Source: Azolla caroliniana
Taxonomy: Eukaryota > Plantae > Polypodiophyta
Assembly (NCBI GenBank): GCA_043228905.1
Contig: JBHGNT010000479.1
Coordinates: 1 to 23,378 of the forward strand
Reading direction: 5' to 3'
Length of the DNA: 23,378 bases
Part shown: positions 11,301 through 23,135 of the stretch, piece after piece
Position numbering within the stretch: the stretch's first letter is position 1
Layout: each line of letters begins with the position of its first letter
The notes under the pieces: generated by a model
Databases searched by the model: none
What the model was told of the DNA's origin: nothing
Seen by the model: only the letters and a program-made list of their open reading frames with translations
Made by a program: the position numbers and the translations under genes

Positions 11301-12650
11301 AGAGACATGAAGAAATTAGCAACTTTGAGGAGGGAGTTAAGAAGAGCCCGTGATGGAATTAAAAAGCTAATACCTGGCTCGTGTGATATCCGATTCTTAT
11401 GTTCAGACATGCGCATCGAAGCTAACAACGCTAGCTATGATATGGAATTCAAAAATCAAGATTTTGAAACTTAGGTCGAGAGACATGAAGATATTAGCAA
11501 CTTTGATTAGGGACTGGAGAAGAGCCCGCGAGTCAATTAAAATGGTCATACCTGGCTCATGTGATATCGGATTTTTGTGTCCAAACATGCGTATCGAAGC
11601 TAACAACACTACCTATGATATGGAATTAAAAAATCAAGATTTTGAAACTCAGGTCGAGAGACATGAAGAAATTAGCAACTTTGATTAGGGACTTGAGAAG
11701 AGCCCGCGAGTCAATTAAAATGGTCATACCTGGCTCTTGTGATATCGGATTTTTGTGTTCAAACATGCGTATCGAAGCTAACAACGCTAGCTATGATATG
11801 GACTTAAAAAATCAAGATTTTGAAACTCAGGTCGAGAGACATGAAGAAATTAGCAACTTTGAGGAGGCAGTTAAGAAGAGCCTGCGAGTCAATTAAAATG
11901 GTCATACCTGGCTCTTGTGATATCGGATTTTTGTGTTCAAACATGCGCATCGAAGCTAACAACGCTAGCTATGATATGGAATTAAAAAATCAAGATTTTA
12001 AAACTCAAGTCGAGACACATGAAGAAATTAGCAACTTTGATTACGGACTTGAGAAGAGCCCGTGAGTCAATTAAAATGTTCATACCTGGCTCGTGTGATA
12101 TCGGATTTTTGTGTCCAAACATGCGTATCGACGCTAACAACACTAGCTATGATACGGAATTAAAAAATCAAGATTTTGAAACTCAGGTCGAGAGACATGA
12201 AGAAATTAGCAACTTTGAGGAGGGAGTTAAGAAGAGCCCGTGAGTTAATTAAAATGTTCATAACTGGCTAACAACGCTAGGTATGATATAGAATTAAAAA
12301 ATCAAGATTTTGAAACTCAGGTCGAGAGACATGAAGAAATTAGCAACTTTGAGGGACTTGAGAAGAGCACGCGAGTGAATTAAAAAGTTCATACCTGGCT
12401 CGTGTGATATCGGATTCTTGTGTTCAAACATGCGCATCGAAGCTAACAACGTTAGCTATGATATCGAATTAAAAAATCAAGATTTTGAAACTTAGGTCGA
12501 GAGACATGACGAAATTAGCAACTTTGAGGAGGGAGTTAAGAAGAGCCCGTGAGTGAATTAAAAAGTTCATACCTGGCTCGTGTGATATCGGATTCTTGTG
12601 TTCAAACATGCGCATCGAAGCTAACAACGCTAGCTATGATATGGAATTCA
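8400..12650 (+). repeat. HOR domain marked by the 44-bp-deletion monomer; periods 1863 bp (11 monomers) then 1555 bp (9 monomers)
   Basis: ORFs 8601/10464/12019 are identical; 9131/10994 and 9423/11286 are offset by 1863. 11x178-44-3-47-3+2=1863 and 9x178-44-3=1555. Confidence 0.92.
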
Positions 12651-14694
12651 AAAATCCGGATTTTGCAACTCAGGTCGAGAGACATGAAGAAATTAGCAAC
12701 TTTGAGGAGGGACTTGAGAAGAGCCCGTGAGTTAATTAAAACAGTCATACCTGGCTCGTGTGATATCGGATTTTTGTGTCCAAACATGCGTATCGAAGCT
12801 AACAACGCTAGCTATGATATGGAATTAAAAAATCAAGATTTTGAAACTCAGGTCGAGAGACATGAAGAAATTAGCAACTTTGAGGAGGGACTTGAGAAGA
12901 GCCCGTGAGTTAATTAAAACAGTCATACCTGGCTCGTGTGATATCGGATTTTTGTGTCCAAACATGCGTATCGAAGCTAACAACGCTAGCTATGATATGG
13001 AATTCAAAAATCAAGATTTTGAAATTTAGGTCGAGAGACATGACGAAATTAGCAACTTTGAGGAGGGAGTTAAGAAGAGCCCGTGAGTGAATTAAAAAGT
13101 TCATACCTGGCTCGTGTGATATCGGATTCTTGTGTTCAAACATGCGCATCGAAGCTAACAACGCTAGCTATGATATGGAATTCAAAAATCCGGATTTTGA
13201 AACTCAGGTCGAGAGACATGAAGAAATTAGCAAATTTGAGGAGGGACTTGAGAAGAGCCTGTGAGTCAATTAGAATGTTCATACCTGGCTCGTGTAATAT
13301 TGGATTTTTGTGTTCAAACATGCGTATCGAAGCTAACAACGCTAGCTATGATATGGAATTAAAAAATCAAGATTTTGAAACTCAGGTCGCGAGACATGAA
13401 GAAATTAGCAACTTTGAGGAGGGACTTGAGAAGAACCCGCGAGTCAATTAAAATGGTCATACCTGGCTCTTGTGATATCGGATTTTTGTGTTTTCAAACA
13501 TGCGCATCTAAGCTAACAACGCTAGCTATGATATGGAATTAAAAAATCAAGATTTTGAAACTCAGGTCGAGAGACATGAAGAAATTAGCAACTTTGAGGA
13601 GGGACTTGAGAAGAGCCCGTGAGTGAATTAAAAAGTTCATACCTGGCTCGTGTGATATCGGATTCTTGTGTTCAAACATGCGTATCGAAGCTAACAACGC
13701 TAGCTATGATATGGACTTAAAAAATCAAGATTTTGAAACTCAGGTCGAGAGACATGAAGAAATTAGCAACTTTGAGGAGGAAGTTAAGAAGAGCCCGTGA
13801 GTGCATTAAAAGGTTCATACCTGGCTCGTGTGATATCGGATTGTTGTGTTCAAACATGCGCATCGAAGCTAACAACGCTAGCTATGATATGGAATTAAAA
13901 AACCAAGATTTTGAAACTCAGGTCGAGAGACATGAAGAAATTAGCAACTTTGAGGAGGCAGTTAAGAAGAGCCCGTGAGTGAATTAGAAAGTTCATACCT
14001 GGCTCGTGTGATATCGGATTCTTGTGTTCAAACATGCGCATCGAAGCTAACAACGCTAGCTATGATACGGAATTAAAAAATCAAGATTTTGAAACTCAGG
14101 TCGAGAGACATGAAGAAATTAGCAACTTTGAGGAGGTAGTTAAGAAGCGCCCGTGAGTGAATTAAAAAGTTCATACCTGGCTCGTGTGATATCGGATTCT
14201 TGTGTTCAAACATGAGCATCGAAGCTAACAACGCTAGCTATGTTATGGACTTAAAAAATCAAGATTTTGAAACTCATGTCGAGAGACATGAAGAAATTAG
14301 CAAATTTGATTAGGGACTTAAGAAGAGCCTGTGAGTGAATTAAAATAATCATACCTGGCTCGTGTGATATCGAGAGACATGAAGAAATTAGCAACTTTGA
14401 GGAGGGACTTGAGACGAGACCGTGAGTCAATTAAAATGTTCATACCTGGCTCGTGTGATATCGTATTTTTGTGTCCAAACATGCGTATCGAAGCTAACAA
14501 CACTAGCTATGATATGGAATTAAATTATCAACGTTTTGAAACTCAGGTCGAGAGACATGAAGAAATTAGCAACTTTGAGGAGGGACTTGAGACGAGACCG
14601 TGAGTCAATTAAAATGTTCATACCTGGCTCGTGTGATATCGTATTTTTGTGTCCAAACATGCGTATCGAAGCTAACAACACTAGCTATGATATG

Positions 14695-16364
14695 GAATTA
14701 AAAAATCAAGGTTTTGAAACTCAGGTCGAGAGACATGAAGAAATTAGCAACTTTGAGGAGGGACTTGAGAAGAGCCCGTGAGTGAATTAAAAAGTTCATA
14801 CCTGGCTCGTGTGATATCGTATTTTTGTGTCCAAACATGCGTATCGAAGCTAACAACACTAGCTATGATATGGAATTTAAAAATCAAGATTTTGAAACTG
14901 AGGTCGAGAGACATGAAGAAATTAGCAACATTGAGGAGGGATTTGAGAAGAGCACGCGAGTGAATTAAAAAGTTCATACCTGGCTCGTGTGATATCGGAT
15001 TTTTGTGTTCGAACATGCGCATCGAAGCTAACAACGCTAGGTATGATATGGAATTAAAAAATCAAGATTTTGAAACTTAGGTCGAGAGACATGACGAAAT
15101 TAGCAACTTTGAGGAGGGACTTGAGAAGAGCCCGCGAGTCAATTAAAATGGTCATACCTGGCTCTTGTGATATCGGATTTTTGTGTTCAAACATGCGTAT
15201 CGAAGCTAACAACGCTAGCTATCATATGGACTTAAAAAATCAAGATTTTGAATCTCAGGTCGAGAGACATGAAGAAATTAGCAAAGTTGAGGAGGGACTT
15301 GAGAAGAGCCATTGAGTAAATTAAAATGTTCATACCTGGCTCGTGTGATATCGGATTTTGTGTTCAAACATGCGTATCGAAGCTAACAACGCTAGCTATG
15401 ATATGGAATTAAAAAATCAAGATTTTAAAACTCAAGTCGAGAGACATGAAAAAATTAGCAACTTTGATTAGGGACTTGAGAAGAGCCCGTGAGTCAATTA
15501 AAACAGTCATACCTGGCTCGTGTGATATCGGATTTTTCTGTCCAAACATGCGTATCGAAGCTAACAACGCTAGCTATGATATGGAATTCAAAAATCAAGA
15601 TTTTGAAACTCAGGTCGAGAGACATGAAGAAATTAGCAACTTTGAGGAGGGAGTTAAGAAGAGCCCGTGAGTGAATTAAAAAGTTCATACCTGGCTCGTG
15701 TGATATCGGATTCTTGTGTTCAAACATGCGCATCGAAGCTAACAACGCTAGCTATGATATGGATGAAAAAAATCAAGATTTTGAAACTCAGGTCGAGAGA
15801 CATGAAGAAATTAGCAACTTTGAGGAGGGACTTGAGACGAGACCGTGAGTCAATTAAAATGTTCATACCTGGCTCGTGTGATATCGGATTTTTGTGTTCA
15901 AACATGCGTATCGAAGCTAACAACGTTAGCTATGATATCGAATTAAAAAATCAAGATTTTGAAACTTAGGTCGAGAGACATGACGAAATTAGCAAATTTG
16001 AGTAGGGACTTGAGAAGAGCCATTGAGTAAATTAAAATGTTCATACCTGGCTCGTGTGATATCGGATTTTTGTGTTCAAACATGCGTATCGAAGCTAACA
16101 ACGCTAGCTATGATATGGACTTAAAAAATCAAGATTTTGAAACTCAAGTCGAGAAAAATGAAGAAATTAGCAAATTTGAGGAGGGACTTCAGAAGAGCCT
16201 GTGAGTCAATTAGAATGTTCATACCTGGCACGTATAATATTGGATTTTTGTGTTCAAACATGCGTATCGAAGCTAACAACGCTAGCTATGATATGGAATT
16301 TAAAAATCAAGATTTTGAAACTCAGGTCGAGAGACATGAAGAAATTAGCAACTTTGAGGAGGGA
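14695..16364 (+). repeat. Long-range duplicated block, copy B (equals window end 23072-23378 joined to window start 1-1364)
   Basis: 14695-15001 matches 23072-23378 (offset 8377; ORFs 14778/23155) and 15002-16364 matches 1-1364. Confidence 0.93.
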
Positions 16365-16950
16365 CTTGAGAAGAGCCCGTGAGTGAATTAAAAAGTTCAT
16401 ACCTGGCTCGTGTGATATCGGATTCTTGTATTCAAACATGCGCATCGAAGCTAACAACGCTAGCTATGATATGGAATTTAAAAATCAAGATTTTGAAACT
16501 CAGGTCGCGAGACATGAAGAAATTAGCAACTTTGAGGAGGGACTTGAGAAGAACCCGCGTGTCAATTAAAATGGTCATACCTTGCTCTTGTGATATCGGA
16601 TTTTTGTGTTTTCAAACATGCGCATCTAAGCTAACAACGCTAGCTATGATATGGACTTAAAAAATCAAGATTTTGAAACTCAAGTCGAGAAAAATGAAGA
16701 AATTAGCAAATTTGAGGAGGGACTTCAGAAGAGCCTGTGAGTCAATTAGAATGTTCATACCTGGCACGTATAATATTGGATTTTTGTGTTCAAACATGCG
16801 TATCGAAGCTAACAACGCTAGCTATGATATGGAATTTAAAAATCAAGATTTTGAAACTCAGGTCGAGAGACATGAAGAAATTAGCAACTTTGAGGAGGGA
16901 CTTGAGAAGAGCCCGTGAGTGAATTAAAAAGTTCATACCTGGCTCGTGTG
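16110..16950 (+). repeat. Partial tandem duplication with 3-monomer (536-bp) period
   Basis: ORFs 16137/16673 and 16201/16737 are identical at +536 (3x178+2). Both carry the rare GTCGAGAAAAATG...GGCACGTATAATATTGG monomer. Confidence 0.9.
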
Positions 16951-17447
16951 ATATCGTATTTTTGTGTCCAAACATGCGTATCGAAGCTAACAACACTAGC
17001 TATGATATGGAATTAAAAAATCAAGATTTTGAAACTGAGGTCGAGAGACATGAAGAAATTAGCAACATTGAGGAGGGATTTGAGAAGAGCACGCGAGTGA
17101 ATTAAAAAGTTCATACCTGGCTCGTGTGATATCGGATTTTTGTGTTCGAACATGCGCATCGAAGCTAACAACGCTAGGTATGATATGGAATTAAAAAATC
17201 AAGATTTTGAAACTTAGGTCGAGAGACATGACGAAATTAGCAACTTTGAGGAGGGACTTGAGAAGAGCCCGCGAGTCAATTAAAATGGTCATACCTGGCT
17301 CTTGTGATATCGGATTTTTGTGTTCAAACATGCGTATCGAAGCTAACAACGCTAGCTATCATATGGACTTAAAAAATCAAGATTTTGAATCTCAGGTCGA
17401 GAGACATGAAGAAATTAGCAAAGTTGAGGAGGGACTTGAGAAGAGCC
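16881..17447 (+). repeat. Third, shorter copy of the junction block (offset 2137 = 12 monomers from 14744-15310)
   Basis: Same ordered variants: GAAACTGAGG, CAACATTGAGG, TGTTCGAAC, GCTAGGTATG, TATCATATGG, GAATCTCAGG, CAAAGTTGAG. ORFs 15070/17207. Confidence 0.9.
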
Positions 17448-18069
17448 CGTGAGTGAATTAAAAAGTTCATACCTGGCTCATGTGATATCGGATTCTTGTG
17501 TTCAAACATGCGCATCGAAGCTAACAACGCTAGCTATGATATGGAATTAAAAAATCAAGATTTTGAAACTTAGGTCGAGATACATGAAGAAATTAGCAAC
17601 TTTGAGGAGGGAGTTAAGAAGAGCCCGTGAGTGAATTAAAAAGTTCATACCTGGCTCGTGTGATATCGGATTCTTGTGTTCAAACATGCGCATCGAAGCT
17701 AACAACGCTAGCTATGATATGTAATTCAAAAATCAAGAATTTGAAACTCAGGTCGAGAGACATGAAGAAATTAGCAACTTTGAGGAGGGATTTGAGACGA
17801 GACCGTGAGTCAATTAAAATGTTCATACCTGGCTCGTGTGATATCGGATTTTTGTGTTTAAACATGCGTATCGAAGCTAACAACGCTAGCTATGATATGG
17901 AATTAAAAAATCAAGGTTTTGAAACTCAGGTCGAGAGACATGAAGAAATTAGCAACTTTGAGGAGGGCGTTAAGAGGAGCCCGTGAGTGAATTAAAAAGT
18001 TCATACCTGGCTCGTGTGATATCGGATTCTTGTATTCAAACATGCGCATCGAAGCTAACAACGCTAGCT

Positions 18070-21000
18070 ATGATATGGAATTTAAAAATCAAGATTTTGA
18101 AACTCAGGTCGCGAGACATGAAGAAATTAGCAACTTTGAGGAGGGACTTGAGAAGAACCCGCGTGTCAATTAAAATGGTCATACCTTGCTCTTGTGATAT
18201 CGGATTTTTGTGTTTTCAAACATGCGCATCTAAGCTAACAACGCTAGCTATGATATGGAATTAAAAAATCAAGATTTTGAAACTCAGGTCGAGAGACATG
18301 AAGAAATTAGCAACTTTGAGGAGGTAGTTAAGAAGAGCCCGTGAGTGAATTAAGATGTTCATACCTGGCTCGTGTGATATCGGATTTTTGTGTTCAAACA
18401 TGCGTATCAAAGCTAACAACGCTAGCTATGATATGGAATTAAAAAATCAAGATTTTGAAACTCAGGTCGAGAGACATGAAGAAATTAGCAACTTTGAGGA
18501 GGGAGTTAAGAAGAGCCCGTGATGGAATTAAAAAGTTAATACCTGGCTCGTGTGATATCGGATTTTTGTGTTCAAACATGCGCATCGAAGCTAACAACGC
18601 TAGCTATGATATGAATTTAAAAAATGAAGATTTTGAAACTCAAGTCGAGAGACATGAAGAAATTAGCAACTTTGAGGAGGGATTTGAGACAAGACCGTGA
18701 GTCAATTAAAATGTTCATACCTGGCTCGTGTGATATCGGATTTTTGTGTTCAAACATGCGTATCGAAGCTAACAACGCTAGCTATGATATAGAATTAAAA
18801 AATCAAGGTTTTGAAACTCAGGTCGAGAGACATGAAGAAATTAGCAACTTTGAGGAGGCCGTTAAGAAGAGCCCGTGAGTGATTTAAGAAGTTCATACCT
18901 GGCACGTATGATATCGGATTTTTGTGTTCAAACATGCGTATCGAAGCTAACAACACTAGCTATGATATGGAATTAAAAAATCAAGATTTTAAAACTCAAG
19001 TCGAGAGCCATGAAAAAATTAGCAACTTTGATTACGGACTTGAGAAGAGCCCTTGAGTCAATTAAAACAGTCATACCTGGCTCGTGTGATATCGGATTTT
19101 TCTGTCCAAACATACGTATCGAAGCTAACAACGCTAGCTATGATATGCAATTCAAAAATCAAGATTTTGAAACTCAGGTCGAGAGACATGAAGAAATTAG
19201 CAACTTTGAGGAGGGAGTTAAGAAGAGCCCGTGAGTGAATTAAAAAGTTCATACCTGGCTCGTGTGATATCGGATTCTTGTGTTCAAACATGCGCATCGA
19301 AGCTAACAACGCTCGCTATGATATGTATTTAAAAAATCAAGATTTTGAAACTCAGGTCGCGAGACATGAAGAAATTAGCAACTTTGAGGAGGGACTTGAG
19401 AAGAACCCGCGAGTCAATTAAAATGGTCATACCTGGCTCTTGTGATATCGGATTTTTGTGTTTTCAAACATGCGCATCTAAGCTAACAACGCTAGCTATG
19501 ATATGGAATTAAAAAATCAAGATTTTGAAACTCAGGTCGAGAGACATGAAGAAATTAGCAACTTTGAGGAGGTAGTTAAGAAGAGCCCGTGAGTGAATTA
19601 AGATGTTCATACCTGGCTCGTGTGATATCGGATTTTTGTGTTCAAACATGCGTATCAAAGCTAACAACGCTAGCTATGATATGGAATTAAAAAATCAAGA
19701 TTTTGAAACTCAGGTCGAGAGACATGAAGAAATTAGCAACTTTGAGGAGGGAGTTAAGAAGAGCCCGTGATGGAATTAAAAAGTTAATACCTGGCTCGTG
19801 TGATATCGGATTTTTGTGTTAAAACATGCGCATCGAAGCTAACAAGGCTAGCTATGATATGGATTTAAAAAATGAAGAATTTAAAACTCAAGTCGAGAGA
19901 CATGAAGAAATTAGCAACTTTGAGGAGGGATTTGAGACGAGACCGTGAGTCAATTAAAATGTTCATACCTAGCTCGTGTGATATCGGATTTTTGTGTTCA
20001 AACATGCGTATCGAAGCTAACAACGCTAGCTATGATATAGAATTAAAAAATCAAGGTTTTGAAACTCAGGTCGAGAGACATGAAGAAATTAGCAACTTTG
20101 AGGAGGCCGTTAAGAAGAGCCCGTGAGTGATTTAAGAAGTTCATACCTGGCACGTATGATATCGGATTTTTGTGTTCAAACATGCGTATCGAAGCTAACA
20201 ACACTAGCTATGATATGGAATTAAAAAATCAAGATTTTAAAACTCAAGTCGAGAGCCATGAAAAAATTAGCAACTTTGATTACGGACTTGAGAAGAGCCC
20301 TTGAGTCAATTAAAACAGTCATACCTGGCTCGTGTGATATCGGATTTTTCTGTCCAAACATACGTATCGAAGCTAACAACGCTAGCTATGATATGCAATT
20401 CAAAAATCAAGATTTTGAAACTCAGGTCGAGAGACATGAAGAAATTAGCAACTTTGAGGAGGGAGTTAAGAAGAGCCCGTGAGTGAATTAAAAAGTTCAT
20501 ACCTGGCTCGTGTGATATCGGATTCTTGTGTTCAAACATGCGCATCGAAGCTAACAACGCTAGCTATGATATGTATTTAAAAAATCAAGATTTTGAAACT
20601 CAGGTCGCGAGACATGAAGAAATTAGCAACTTTGAGGAGGGACTTGAGAAGAACCCGCGAGTCAATTAAAATGGTCATACCTGGCTCTTGTGATATCGGA
20701 TTTTTGTGTTTTCAAACATGCGCATCTAAGCTAACAACGCTAGCTATGATATGGAATTAAAAAATCAAGATTTTGAAACTCAGGTCGAGAGACATGAAGA
20801 AATTAGCAACTTTGAGGAGGTAGTTAAGAAGAGCCCGTGAGTGAATTAAGATGTTCATACCTGGCTCGTGTGATATCGGATTTTTGTGTTCAAACATGCG
20901 TATCAAAGCTAACAACGCTAGCTATGATATGGAATTAAAAAATCAAGATTTTGAAACTCAGGTCGAGAGACATGAAGAAATTAGCAACTTTGAGGAGGGA

Positions 21001-23135
21001 GTTAAGAAGAGCCCGTGATGGAATTAAAAAGTTAATACCTGGCTCGTGTGATATCGGATTTTTGTGTTAAAACATGCGCATCGAAGCTAACAACGCTAGC
21101 TATGATATGGAATTCAAAAATCAAGATTTTGAAACTCAGGTCGCGAGACATGAAGAAATTAGCAACTTTGAGGAGGGACTTGAGAAGAACCCGCGTGTCA
21201 ATTAAAATGGTCATACCTTGCTCTTGTGATATCGGATTTTTGTGTTTTCAAACATGCGCATCTAAGCTAACAACGCTAGCTATGATATGGAATTAAAAAA
21301 TCAAGATTTTGAAACTCAGGTCGAGAGACATGAAGAAATTAGCAACTTTGAGGAGGTAGTTAAGAAGAGCCCGTGAGTGAATTAAGATGTTCATACCTGG
21401 CTCGTGTGATATCGGATTTTTGTGTTCAAACATGCGTATCAAAGCTAACAACGCTAGCTATGATATGGAATTAAAAAATCAAGATTTTGAAACTCAGGTC
21501 GAGAGACATGAAGAAATTAGCAACTTTGAGGAGGGAGTTAAGAAGAGCCCGTGATGGAATTAAAAAGTTAATACCTGGCTCGTGTGATATCGGATTTTTG
21601 TGTTCAAACATGCGCATCGAAGCTAACAACGCTAGCTATGATATGAATTTAAAAAATGAAGATTTTGAAACTCAAGTCGAGAGACATGAAGAAATTAGCA
21701 ACTTTGAGGAGGGATTTGAGACGAGACCGTGAGTCAATTAAAATGTTCATACCTGGCTTGTGTGATATCGGATTTTTGTGTTCAAACATGCGTATCGAAG
21801 CTAACAACGCTAGCTATGATATAGAATTAAAAAATCAAGGTTTTGAAACTCAGGTCGAGAGACATGAAGAAATTAGCAACTTTGAGGAGGCCGTTAAGAA
21901 GAGCCCGTGAGTGATTTAAGAAGTTCATACCTGGCACGTATGATATCGGATTTTTGTGTTCAAACATGCGTATCGAAGCTAACAACACTAGCTATGATAT
22001 GGAATTAAAAAATCAAGATTTTAAAACTCAAGTCGAGAGCCATGAAAAAATTAGCAACTTTGATTACGGACTTGAGAAGAGCCCTTGAGTCAATTAAAAC
22101 AGTCATACCTGGCTCGTGTGATATCGGATTTTTCTGTCCAAACATACGTATCGAAGCTAACAACGCTAGCTATGATATGCAATTCAAAAATCAAGATTTT
22201 GAAACTCAGGTCGAGAGACATGAAGAAATTAGCAACTTTGAGGAGGGAGTTAAGAAGATCCCGTGAGTGAATTAAAAAGTTCATACCTGGCTCGTGTGAT
22301 ATCGGATTCTTGTGTTCAAACATGCGCATCGAAGCTAACAACGCTAGCTATGATATGTATTTAAAAAATCAAGATTTTGAAACTCAGGTCGCGAGACATG
22401 AAGAAATTAGCAACTTTGAGGAGGGACTTGAGAAGAACCCGCGAGTCAATTAAAATGGTCATACCTGGCTCTTGTGATATCGGATTTTTGTGTTTTCAAA
22501 CATGCGCATCTAAGCTAACAACGCTAGCTATGATATGGAATTAAAAAATCAAGATTTTGAAACTCAGGTCGAGAGACATGAAGAAATTAGCAACTTTGAG
22601 GAGGTAGTTAAGAAGAGCCCGTGAGTGAATTAAGATGTTCATACCTGGCTCGTGTGATATCGGATTTTTGTGTTCAAACATGCGTATCAAAGCTAACAAC
22701 GCTAGCTATGATATGGAATTAAAAAATCAAGATTTTGAAACTCAGGTCGAGAGACATGAAGAAATTAGCAACTTTGAGGAGGGAGTTAAGAAGAGCCCGT
22801 GATGGAATTAAAAAGTTAATACCTGGCTCGTGTGATATCGGATTTTTGTGTTAAAACATGCGCATCGAAGCTAACAACGCTAGCTATGATATGGATTTAA
22901 AAAATGAAGAATTTAAAACTCAAGTCGAGAGACATGAAGAAATTAGCAACTTTGAGGAGGGATTTGAGACGAGACCGTGAATCAATTAAATTGTTCATAC
23001 CTAGCTCGTGTGATATCGGATTTTTGTGTTCAAACATGCGTATCGAAGCTAACAACGCTAGCTATGATATAGAATTAAAAAATCAAGGTTTTGAAACTCA
23101 GGTCGAGAGACATGAAGAAATTAGCAACTTTGAGG
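18070..23135 (+). repeat. 7-monomer HOR (1248 bp) arranged 7-7-3-7-4, forming a 17-monomer (3032-bp) super-repeat
   Basis: Marker GTCGCGAGAC at 18108, 19356, 20604, 21140 and 22388 (spacings 1248, 1248, 536, 1248). ORFs 18455/21487 and 18624/21656 are offset by 3032. Confidence 0.95.

Noticed and set aside
361-16364. Exactly 15,000-bp offset as a sign of synthetic construction
   Set aside because: The offset is 15001 upstream of a 1-bp deletion, the copies differ at several sites, and the block fits monomer phase, so the round number is probably coincidence.
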